Below, in pieces: positions 1-8,484 of a stretch of 64,000 bases of DNA. Origin of the DNA: an uncultured Candidatus Saccharibacteria bacterium (lineage in GTDB: Bacteria; Patescibacteriota; Dojkabacteria; SC72); NCBI GenBank assembly GCA_964618765.1, contig CAZUDZ010000001.1, positions 5,826 to 69,825 of the forward strand. Reading direction: 5' to 3'. The translations under genes were made by a program, and so were the position numbers. The notes beneath the pieces are model-generated. The model had not been told where the DNA came from, searched no databases, and worked only from the letters and a program-made list of their open reading frames with translations. How positions within the stretch are numbered: the stretch's first letter is position 1; each line of letters starts with the position of its first letter.

Positions 1-741
1 AGAAATATGGCGTATGGAGTACTGAATTTGAATGACGCAATAGCCGTTTCTTCGAATATTTACTTCTGTGAATTAATCAGGAACTGGGATATGAATAAGC
101 TTGTACCGTATTTGGAGAAGTTTGGTATAGGTAAATATACAGGAATAGATATTCCTGGGGAAGCCCCTGGTAGACTTCCTTCTCCAGAAAATAAAGTTGC
201 CCTTGCCAATAGTACTAGTCCATGGTTAGAACCTGTTTGGTATCCAGAGGGAGATTCTTGCAACTCTGTAATTGGACAGGGCATTACCTTAACTACACCA
301 ATCCAAATGGCAAATTGGACCTCAGCACTGGCTAACGAAGGAACTTTACACACACCCCATGTGGGTGACTATCTACTAGATGAGCGGGGAAACAGAGAAA
401 CTTTGGAGAATGAACCAATATATACAAATATTGTATCTAAGGATTCCATTAAAACAGTTAAGGAGGGTATGTGGTCAGCTGTAAATGGTCCTAGAGCTAC
501 AATTAGGAACCTAGCTGGCTTGTCAGTTAAGGTTGCTGCTAAAACAGGAACAGCAGAGTTTGGTCGTCTAAGTAAAGATGGGGTATATGAGAATACGCAT
601 GCATGGGCTACAAGCTTTTTCCCATATGAAAAGCCAGAATACACTTTAACTGTGTTCTTGGAGGATGGAGGAGAAAGTTACAATGCAGTAAGCTTAATTA
701 GGGAGATGATAGAGTGGATGACTAAGAATAAGTTCATCTAA
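1..741 (+). CDS. mrdA: Class B penicillin-binding protein, transpeptidase C-terminal part (5' truncated by window)
   Basis: SxN (SSNIYF), FGIG..TGIDIPGE, IGQG..TTPIQMA and KTGTAE motifs; frame is open to base 1. Confidence 0.85.
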   Translation, partial: RNMAYGVLNLNDAIAVSSNIYFCELIRNWDMNKLVPYLEKFGIGKYTGIDIPGEAPGRLPSPENKVALANSTSPWLEPVWYPEGDSCNSVIGQGITLTTPIQMANWTSALANEGTLHTPHVGDYLLDERGNRETLENEPIYTNIVSKDSIKTVKEGMWSAVNGPRATIRNLAGLSVKVAAKTGTAEFGRLSKDGVYENTHAWATSFFPYEKPEYTLTVFLEDGGESYNAVSLIREMIEWMTKNKFI

Positions 742-769
742 TTTTAACAATTGAATGCCATAATTATGC

Positions 770-1435
770 ATGGCAATACTCCATGAGAGGGATTTTCCTT
801 TCCTCTTAAAACAGGCAGTTCCTAATCTTAAGAAATTATACTATGTAGGAGATGTATCTTTATTTCAGATGAGATGTGTAACTTTTGTTGGCACAAGAGA
901 TATTACGAATTACGGCCGATGGGTAATACAGCATCTCTTGGGAGATTTTCTTAAAAAAGCAGAGATAGCTGTAGTGAGTGGGCTTGCCAAGGGTGTAGAT
1001 GCATTTGTGCATGAGACTTGTCTTGAAAGAGGGATTAAGACGATAGCGATAGTCCCAGGATCCATATCTTCAGCTATCCCGCGTTGCAATATTAAGATAT
1101 TTGAAAATTTAAAAAGTAAGGGGTTAATCTTAGCGGAGTATCCAGAGGAAACTAACTTTAGGAAAGAGATGTTTGTTTTAAGAAACAGGCTTCTTGCGGC
1201 AATCTCCCAAACAGTTGTTGTAGTAGAGGCTGGAGTTAAGAGTGGCTCTTTGATAACGGCTAACATTGCGCTGGAGTACAATCGTGACATCTATACTATC
1301 CCAGGGAATATAAATAGTAAGGTTTCGCAGGGGTGCAATGTATTAGCTAAACAAGGAGCGGGTGTGATTACAGGCCTAAATGATTTCAAAGAATCTCTAG
1401 GAATTGAGAGTGATCAGGTGTTCCTGAGAATTTAA
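770..1435 (+). CDS. dprA: DNA-processing protein DprA (short form)
   Basis: VGTR, VSGLAKGVD, F..RNRLLAAIS, VVVEAG.KSGSLITA..A motifs; directly upstream of topA. Confidence 0.93.
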   Translation: MAILHERDFPFLLKQAVPNLKKLYYVGDVSLFQMRCVTFVGTRDITNYGRWVIQHLLGDFLKKAEIAVVSGLAKGVDAFVHETCLERGIKTIAIVPGSISSAIPRCNIKIFENLKSKGLILAEYPEETNFRKEMFVLRNRLLAAISQTVVVVEAGVKSGSLITANIALEYNRDIYTIPGNINSKVSQGCNVLAKQGAGVITGLNDFKESLGIESDQVFLRI

Positions 1436-1499
1436 AATATTTGTATAAGGAAAATGAACAAATTTGACAAGTTTGAATTGATTAAGGTATTTTAGACCT

Positions 1500-3626
1500 A
1501 TGAGTAAAAAAGATTACAAAAATTTGTTAATAGTCGAGTCCCCATCTAAAGCCAAGACCATAAATAAATACTTGGGAGAAGACTTTAAGGTAATGGCAAC
1601 AGTAGGGCATGTAATTGATTTGCCTAAAAGTAAATTAGGAGTAGATGTGGAAAACGGATATGAGCCACAGCTTGAAACAATCTACGGTAAAGGTAAAGTT
1701 GTAAAAGAACTTAAGAAGGCAGTGCCTAAAGATGGGCAAGTATATTTAGCAATGGATCCAGATAGGGAGGGGGAGGCCATAGCATTTCATGTTTCTAACG
1801 CATTAGAGTTAAAACCATCTAAAACTAAAAGGGTAACATTCCATGAGATTACGCAAGATGCTGTAAAAGAAGCCGTAGATAATCCGGGAGACATTAATAT
1901 AAATCTTGTTGAAGCTCAAAAAGCCAGAAGAGTACTAGATAGGTTAGTAGGCTACAAGCTCTCTGAGTTAATATGGAAGAAGATATGGTACGGACTCTCT
2001 GCAGGTAGAGTTCAATCTGTTGCATTAAGGTTAGTTGTTGAAAAGGAAGAGGAGAGAGATGCTTTTAAAGAGGAGGAGTATTGGGAAGTATCAGTTAAGT
2101 TAAAAGATCAGGAGAAAAATATTGTTGTTGCAAAACTAGCTAAAAAGGATGGGAAAAAATATATTCCTAAAGATCAAAAGGAGGTAGATGATATCCAGGG
2201 GGGTATTGGGGAAAGTAGATTTCTGGTTAAAGAAGTAACTAAGAAAGAGTTAAGTAGACATGCATATCCTCCATTTACAACTTCAACACTTCAACAGACA
2301 GCCAATACAGTTTTGGGGTATACATCTAAAAGGACAATGGGTATGGCACAAGTACTGTACCAGTCAGGATACATCACATATATGCGTACAGACTCAGTAT
2401 ATCTTGCAGATAAAGCGATTAAAGAGATCAGGAAGTTGGTAGAGGAAAGGTATGGGAAAGAGTATATTCCTGCTAAACCTAATTACTACAAAAATAGGTC
2501 TAAAAATGCACAAGAAGCACATGAGGCCATAAGACCAACGGATTTTGGTGTTACTGTTTCTAAGATAGAAAAAGAGCATGGGAAAGCAGCAGCTAAATTG
2601 TATGAGTTAATATGGAAGAGGTCTGTTTCCAGTCAAATGGTTAGTAAAGAAGTAGAAGCCTTAAAAGTATCCTTGGTTCCTAAGGATTTAGATAATCCAG
2701 AATACATATTTACTTTAGGAGGAGAGAGAACAATTTTTGATGGCTTTAGAAAGGTGTTAGGAGGAAAGAAACAGGATGATGATTTGCAAGAAATTGCACT
2801 CTTAAAGGAGGGTGATGAATTAGAGAAAATAGAGTTTGTAAATGAGCAGAAGTTTACACAACCTCCAGCTAGGTATACAGAAGCCTCATTGATTAAGAAG
2901 CTTGAGGCCTTGGGGATTGGTAGGCCTTCGACATACTCTTCCATAATTTCTACTATTCGTTCAAGGGGGTATGTAGAATTTGAAGCTAGAGCGATTTTCC
3001 CAACAGATGTTGGAAGGGTTGTAACCCATTTTCTAAAAGATAATTTTAAACGATTACTTGATTACAAATATACAGCGAAGGTTGAAGATGAACTCGATAG
3101 TATTGCGTTAGGGAAAAAAGAATATTTCCCGGTAATAGATGAAGAGTACAGATCTTTAATGGACAATATCGGCAAAGCAGACAAGGGAGTAAACAAGGAG
3201 GATGTTGTAATACTAGGGGAGTCCGATGAGAGATGCCCCGAATGTAAGGGTGAAATGGTTGTAAGGATAGGGAGATACGGTAAGTTTTTAAGTTGTAAAA
3301 ACTTCCCAGAGTGTAAAGGGATGAAAGATTTAAGTGGAGGAGAGGAGAGTTTGGATTATGATAAATACTTTAAACCTAAAGAGTGTCCAAAATGTAAGTC
3401 TAGATTGATTCTTAAGAATGGTAAGTATGGGAAGTTTTGGGCTTGTGAGAAATATCCTGAATGTAAGGGTGTTGTGCCACTACTTCTGAATGAGAAGTGT
3501 CCAGAGTGTGGGCATCATTTGGTCGAAAGAAGAAGCAAATGGGGTAAATCATTTATTGGTTGTAGTAATTATCCCAATTGTAAATATATTAAGAAGAGTA
3601 AATCAAAGAAGAAGAGCAAGAGTTAA
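1500..3626 (+). CDS. topA: DNA topoisomerase I with three C-terminal Zn ribbons
   Basis: LIVESPSKAKTI TOPRIM, DPDREGE, SAGRVQS, ITYMRTD catalytic Tyr, CPEC/CPKC repeats. Confidence 0.97.
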   Translation: MSKKDYKNLLIVESPSKAKTINKYLGEDFKVMATVGHVIDLPKSKLGVDVENGYEPQLETIYGKGKVVKELKKAVPKDGQVYLAMDPDREGEAIAFHVSNALELKPSKTKRVTFHEITQDAVKEAVDNPGDININLVEAQKARRVLDRLVGYKLSELIWKKIWYGLSAGRVQSVALRLVVEKEEERDAFKEEEYWEVSVKLKDQEKNIVVAKLAKKDGKKYIPKDQKEVDDIQGGIGESRFLVKEVTKKELSRHAYPPFTTSTLQQTANTVLGYTSKRTMGMAQVLYQSGYITYMRTDSVYLADKAIKEIRKLVEERYGKEYIPAKPNYYKNRSKNAQEAHEAIRPTDFGVTVSKIEKEHGKAAAKLYELIWKRSVSSQMVSKEVEALKVSLVPKDLDNPEYIFTLGGERTIFDGFRKVLGGKKQDDDLQEIALLKEGDELEKIEFVNEQKFTQPPARYTEASLIKKLEALGIGRPSTYSSIISTIRSRGYVEFEARAIFPTDVGRVVTHFLKDNFKRLLDYKYTAKVEDELDSIALGKKEYFPVIDEEYRSLMDNIGKADKGVNKEDVVILGESDERCPECKGEMVVRIGRYGKFLSCKNFPECKGMKDLSGGEESLDYDKYFKPKECPKCKSRLILKNGKYGKFWACEKYPECKGVVPLLLNEKCPECGHHLVERRSKWGKSFIGCSNYPNCKYIKKSKSKKKSKS

Positions 3627-3767
3627 ACTACTCTTAATAACTATTTATGTAAAACTGTACGAAATTGCTCAGGAGCTCTTTTAGAGAATGCCTCAATTAG
3701 ATTCTTATTGTCTGTTTCTCTTTAACAAAGGTTTGGGAGGAGCTTATAGTGTGATATACTTGTTGCT

Positions 3768-5123
3768 ATGTCTGCACTTTTAGAGCAACACAACCTAGAT
3801 ACTTCTCAATCGGAGAAAGGGAATTCCCCTTTTTTTGTTATCGGTTCAGAATCAATCTCTTCTGATAAGAAATTCAGTAGAAGAAGAAGGTATGAGTTAT
3901 GGGAGGGAGAATTAGATGAGCAGCTTTTCCGAGAATTAAGTCATATGACCTTGTTAAAATTTAATCCAAATAGGACGGTATATGACAATAAATATAGAAA
4001 AAGGCGCCAATATCAAGGAAATCTATTCTGGGATCAGGAGGGTCTAGGTTCTCTACCATTGGAGGAAGATGATTGTGAAAAAATTAAGAGTTTTTTAATG
4101 CCAAAGGAGAACATAACATATGATGAGGCAGAAGCAATATTAGCAGGAGACCCTAACTTGTTAGTTTCTACCATGACTCTTCTTGTTAGCAACTACCTAC
4201 GAGAAATGAAGAAGGCAGAGGAGAATTTACTTAAAACTATGAACCCTGATAGTGGGAGTCCTGTTTTCTTGCCATTTCTCTTTACAGACGAAGAGGAGAA
4301 AATCTTTTTTACGGGTAAGACATTACTTTTGGAATTAAATAGACATGTAAATAGTACTTATGTTGTTGATTTAATAACAAAAGCTGATGAAATAATTACT
4401 GCTTTTAATCTTTTACTAGTCGCAAGTCTTGTTAGCAAACACAATATATATCTTGCGAGAGAGGACGCTTTCCAAGATGGTTGCATTGGTCTGTTAAGGA
4501 GCTTGGAGGATTTCGATATTGATAAAGATAAGAAGTTTTCTACCTATGCCTCTTGGTGGATAAAGCAAAAAATAAAGAGAGCTAACAGTGATAAAGGTGC
4601 TGAAATAAGGGTCCCGACACACTTGGGGAATAGGGTTAACAGAATTCTTAAGGAGGTTAATACCAAGTACAAGATGAATTCTGGGTGTAGCCGAGAACAG
4701 ATTCTTGAAGAAATCTTAGAAAAATATTCTTCTACTCGGCGAAAGAATATTAAGGCTGCTATAAATAGCCGTAACATCTTCTCCTTAGACGAAAAGAGAA
4801 ACAGTGAAGATGATGAGTATTCCCTTTTAGATAGAATTGCTTCCAAGTCTGATAAGGTAATGAAGGCTCTAGAGGATATAGAGAGGAAAGAGATAGTTCG
4901 GCAGATATTTGATCACACAGATTTTACACCAATAGAAAGGAGAATAATAAAATATAGGTTTGGTATAGGGCAGCCTGATGGGGAGATCCTTCCTTTAAAA
5001 GAAATTGGGAGGAGAGAGGGTGTTACAGGAGAAGCAATTAGACAAACAGAAGTAAAAGCTCTAGAGAAATTGGGGAAAGGTTTAATCAAGTTAGGGCTAA
5101 AGAAAGAAGATATCCTGTATTAA
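3768..5123 (+). CDS. Divergent RpoD/RpoS-like sigma-70 factor with unrecognised N-terminal ~200 aa
   Basis: Region 2 FQDGCIGLLRSLEDFD..KFSTYASWWIKQ, IRVPTH, region 4 RFGI..LKEIG...VTGEAIRQTEVKALEKL. Confidence 0.85.
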   Translation: MSALLEQHNLDTSQSEKGNSPFFVIGSESISSDKKFSRRRRYELWEGELDEQLFRELSHMTLLKFNPNRTVYDNKYRKRRQYQGNLFWDQEGLGSLPLEEDDCEKIKSFLMPKENITYDEAEAILAGDPNLLVSTMTLLVSNYLREMKKAEENLLKTMNPDSGSPVFLPFLFTDEEEKIFFTGKTLLLELNRHVNSTYVVDLITKADEIITAFNLLLVASLVSKHNIYLAREDAFQDGCIGLLRSLEDFDIDKDKKFSTYASWWIKQKIKRANSDKGAEIRVPTHLGNRVNRILKEVNTKYKMNSGCSREQILEEILEKYSSTRRKNIKAAINSRNIFSLDEKRNSEDDEYSLLDRIASKSDKVMKALEDIERKEIVRQIFDHTDFTPIERRIIKYRFGIGQPDGEILPLKEIGRREGVTGEAIRQTEVKALEKLGKGLIKLGLKKEDILY

Positions 5124-5180
5124 AAAGAAAAAAGTAACGGTTAATCTCTTTTTAATAACTATTCACTATGATAGTTATAT

Positions 5181-5816
5181 ATGCTTCCTAGAGAGAAATA
5201 TTTAGAAAAAGGTATAGATAATCTTACGGATATGGATATCATTGCCATAATAGTTGGTAGTGGGATAAAAGGGAAGGATTTCTTAAGTGTATCAAGAAGT
5301 GTCATTAGTAAAATGAGAAAGATAGCTAAGGATGGTAAGGAGATAGAGATTTCAGATATTGTACAAATTAACGGTGTGGGTATTGTTACTGCCATGAGAA
5401 TCCTTTGCGGGATAGAGTTGGGTAAAAGGTTATACAATCTACAAAAGAATGATATGGCTTTGGTGAGGAATTCTCAGGAGGCCTACACTGCTCTTAGAGA
5501 TATTGGTAGTAGAAAGCAGGAGCATGTAGTTGCACTGTTTCTCAATTCTAGATTTGAGGTATTGGATAGAAGAGTTATATGCATTGGAAGTCTAGATGGA
5601 GTTACAGTATTACCTAGGGATATAATAATACCTGCATTAGAGCTTAATGCTAGTAGTGTTGTCGTTGCACACAATCACCCATCAGGAGATCCAACTCCTA
5701 GTCACGAGGATATTGTCATAACAAAAAGAATACAGGAAGGATTAGAATTGGTAGGTCTAAACTTATTGGACCACATCATTATTAGCAAAGAAAATTGGAG
5801 GAGGGTAGAGAGTTGA
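5181..5816 (+). CDS. radC: RadC family JAB/MPN-domain protein
   Basis: PREK N-terminus, HhH (INGVG), AHNHPSGDPTPS.ED...LLDHII. Confidence 0.93.
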   Translation: MLPREKYLEKGIDNLTDMDIIAIIVGSGIKGKDFLSVSRSVISKMRKIAKDGKEIEISDIVQINGVGIVTAMRILCGIELGKRLYNLQKNDMALVRNSQEAYTALRDIGSRKQEHVVALFLNSRFEVLDRRVICIGSLDGVTVLPRDIIIPALELNASSVVVAHNHPSGDPTPSHEDIVITKRIQEGLELVGLNLLDHIIISKENWRRVES

Positions 5817-5832
5817 ATAGGTATTAATAAAG

Positions 5833-5861
5833 TTGCCAAGAACTCTTTTACTTTGTATAAT
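5833..5861 (+). promoter_or_regulatory. sigma-70 promoter of rpsB-tsf
   Basis: TTGCCA-N17-TATAAT. Confidence 0.75.
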
Positions 5862-5887
5862 CCAACTGTTCATTTAATATATCTCAT

Positions 5888-5928
5888 ATATCTTTGTTCC
5901 AATCCTGGACATAGTCCAACAAAGATAT
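5888..5928 (+). promoter_or_regulatory. Stem-loop in rpsB 5' leader (candidate cis-regulatory RNA)
   Basis: Perfect 11-bp stem ATATCTTTGTT/AACAAAGATAT between promoter and AAGGAAAGG RBS. Confidence 0.55.
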
Positions 5929-5950
5929 TAATAAAAGGAAAGGAAAAAAA

Positions 5951-7081
5951 ATGTCAGAAGTTAAAAAAGAAGTCTTAAAGGAAACTGAGACTAAAAATAA
6001 AAGTTTTCAGATACCAGAACTAATAGATTTTCTAAGAGCGGGAGCTCATTTCGGGCATAAAAAAAGTGCTTGGAATCCTCGTATGAAGAAATATATCTAC
6101 GAAGAAAGAAATGGTATCCATATAATTGATCTTGTTAAAACAAGAGAAATTCTCGAGAAGGTATTAAAAAAGTTAGAAGATTTTTCAAACAAAGGAAATG
6201 TTCTCATTGTTGGAACTAAAGGACAAGCTGCTTCCGTTATACAAAAGGTTGCAGAAGAGAACGGTATGTTTTACATTAACCAAAGATGGATGGGTGGTCT
6301 CTTTACTAATTTTGATGTAATTAAAAAGAGTGTTCATGATTTAGTTAAGATGGAGGAACAGCTAGCAAGTGGTTTGCAAGGATATGTTAAGAAGGAGAGG
6401 CTCCTTTTACAGAAAGATATTGAAAGGTTAGACAGAATATACAAAGGAATTAAATTTATGGAAAAGCTTCCTGAGGTAGTTTTGGTGATTGATAGCCAAG
6501 TTGAAAAGAATGCAATTAAAGAGGCAAATAAAGTAGGTGTCCCAATAATAGCTTTAATAGATACAAATTGTAATCCAGACTTAATAACCTACCCAATTCC
6601 CGCAAATGATGACTCAATTAAGAGTATTTCTCTTTTCGTAAAACTCTTTGGAGAAGTTGTTGGTAAGAGTAAAAAATCTCTCTCTGTCGTATCTTTAAGG
6701 AGAGACCATGAAGCAAAATTAGAGAAGATTAAAAGAGAGTATGAGGAAGAGAAAGAGAGGATGGAGAGAATAGAGGAGGAGGAAAGACGAAGAATGAAAG
6801 CGTTAAGGGAGGGTAAGGTAGAAACGAAAGAGGTAGGTTCTGTGGTGAGGGTTGTGAAGAAAGAGAAAGATATAGAGGCTGACGTAAAGGCAGCGGAAGA
6901 AGTCAAAGAGAGTTCCAAGGGTATTGAGGAGTTAGGTCTTTCAACCAGAACAGAGAATGCACTAAAAGGGGCAAAAATTAAAACAGTACGAGATCTTAAA
7001 GGATACTCCAAGGAAGAGATGAGGGAAATTAGTGGTATAGGTCCCAAGTCAATAGAGGAGATTCAGAAGGCGATAAAGTAG
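5951..7081 (+). CDS. rpsB: 30S ribosomal protein S2 with coiled-coil linker and C-terminal RNAP alpha-CTD-like HhH domain
   Basis: AGAHFGH..WNPRM, VGTK, RWMGGLFTN, DTNCNPD..IPANDD; tail IEELGLSTRTENALKGAKIKTVRDL...ISGIGPKSIEEI. Confidence 0.96.
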   Translation: MSEVKKEVLKETETKNKSFQIPELIDFLRAGAHFGHKKSAWNPRMKKYIYEERNGIHIIDLVKTREILEKVLKKLEDFSNKGNVLIVGTKGQAASVIQKVAEENGMFYINQRWMGGLFTNFDVIKKSVHDLVKMEEQLASGLQGYVKKERLLLQKDIERLDRIYKGIKFMEKLPEVVLVIDSQVEKNAIKEANKVGVPIIALIDTNCNPDLITYPIPANDDSIKSISLFVKLFGEVVGKSKKSLSVVSLRRDHEAKLEKIKREYEEEKERMERIEEEERRRMKALREGKVETKEVGSVVRVVKKEKDIEADVKAAEEVKESSKGIEELGLSTRTENALKGAKIKTVRDLKGYSKEEMREISGIGPKSIEEIQKAIK

Positions 7082-7105
7082 GTAATAATTTAAGTATATA
7101 AAGAT

Positions 7106-7819
7106 ATGGCAGTAACAGTTGAAGAAATTAAAGAATTAAGAGCTAAAACATCAGCTGGTATGGCTCTTTGTAAAGAAGCACTAGTTAAATCAGATGGAGA
7201 TATGGGTAAGGCTGTTGAGTACATAAACAAGAGGAGTGATGTTATTAGCCGATTAAGAAATTTAACTGGGGCAAAGATAGGATTATGTAAGTTAGCTTTT
7301 GAAGATGCGGGTAAAGATTTTGAGAAAGCAGTTGAAATTATAAAAGAAAGAGGATGGGATAAACCAGTAGGGGCAGAGGAAACAGAAAAAGCAGAGGGAA
7401 TCATAGAGGCATATGTTCATGGAAAAGATAAGCGATTAGCTGCTTTAGTAGAGATAAAGTGCAAAACAGACTTTGTTGCAAGAAATGAAGATTTTAGAGA
7501 ATTTGCTCACGAAGTAGTACTACAGGTCGCAGCAATGAAGCCTGAATATATATCGAAAGATGATATCTCAGAACCTGAGGTTGCTAAACTAAAAGACCTC
7601 TTCAAGAAGGAGGCCCAAGCAGAAGGCAGGCCTGGCAATATAATCGGCAAGATCGTGGAGGGTAAGTTAACAAAATACTATAGTGAGAAATGTTTACTTG
7701 AACAGAGGTGGTTTAAAGATGAGGAAAAAACTATAGGGAACCTCTTGGACACCGCCATTCAGAAATTAGGTGAGCCCATAGAGATATCGAGAATATTACT
7801 TTGGGAATTAGGTAAGTAA
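7106..7819 (+). CDS. tsf: Elongation factor Ts (short form, duplicated N-terminal UBA-like domain)
   Basis: IKELRAKTSAGMALCKEAL, EG.I..Y.H, TDFVARN, IVEGKL.KYY; follows rpsB. Confidence 0.95.
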   Translation: MAVTVEEIKELRAKTSAGMALCKEALVKSDGDMGKAVEYINKRSDVISRLRNLTGAKIGLCKLAFEDAGKDFEKAVEIIKERGWDKPVGAEETEKAEGIIEAYVHGKDKRLAALVEIKCKTDFVARNEDFREFAHEVVLQVAAMKPEYISKDDISEPEVAKLKDLFKKEAQAEGRPGNIIGKIVEGKLTKYYSEKCLLEQRWFKDEEKTIGNLLDTAIQKLGEPIEISRILLWELGK

Positions 7820-7862
7820 TTATTAAAATTTCCTGTTTCATATATTTGTAATTTCTGAACAC

Positions 7863-7891
7863 TTGTCAACCTCTCTCCATTGATATACAAT
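7863..7891 (+). promoter_or_regulatory. sigma-70 promoter of frr-rseP
   Basis: TTGTCA-N17-TACAAT. Confidence 0.6.
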
Positions 7892-7922
7892 TATTTGTTA
7901 ATAATATTTGTATAAAGGCTTT

Positions 7923-8468
7923 ATGAACGAAGATCTATTTAAAAAAGATATAGAGAAATGCATTGAATTTCTTCAAGAAGATCTCTCTCAAATTAGAACA
8001 GGAAGAGCAACTCCAGAACTGGTAGAAGAGGTTACTGTGAAGGCATATAACACAACATCTCCATTAAAGAATTTAGCAACAATTAGTATATTAGATGCTA
8101 AAAGTATAAATGTACAACCTTGGGACAAGGGTATTCTAGAGGATGTGGGGAAAGGTTTAGAAAGTGCTAATCTTGGTTTCTCTGTAATCATGGAAGGAGA
8201 AAGAGTCTTAGTTAAACTGCCAGATTTAACTGAGGAGAGAAGGAAAGAGTATGTAAAGATCATGAAAGAGAGGATTGAAGATGCAAGAGTAGCAGTAAGA
8301 CAAGTAAGACAGAAGTATATGAAGGAAATAGATGAAGAGGAGAAAGATGGTCTTTCTGAGGACATGGCAAGTAGACAGAGGGAGGATATAGAGAAAGTTG
8401 TAAAAGAGGTAAATGAAAGAATAGAAAGAATAAGAGAAGAGAAGGAAAAAGAGCTTACAACAATCTAA
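7923..8468 (+). CDS. frr: Ribosome recycling factor
   Basis: IRTGRATP, QPWD, P.LTEERRKE, ARVAVRQVR; ATG at 7923 preferred over TTG at 7908. Confidence 0.96.
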   Translation: MNEDLFKKDIEKCIEFLQEDLSQIRTGRATPELVEEVTVKAYNTTSPLKNLATISILDAKSINVQPWDKGILEDVGKGLESANLGFSVIMEGERVLVKLPDLTEERRKEYVKIMKERIEDARVAVRQVRQKYMKEIDEEEKDGLSEDMASRQREDIEKVVKEVNERIERIREEKEKELTTI

Positions 8469-8484
8469 ATTTTATTTGTAATAG

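Noticed and set aside
5181-5816. JAB domain as part of a CBASS or ubiquitin-like defence system
   Set aside because: Full-length RadC architecture with N-terminal HhH; no cyclase, E1 or E2 neighbours
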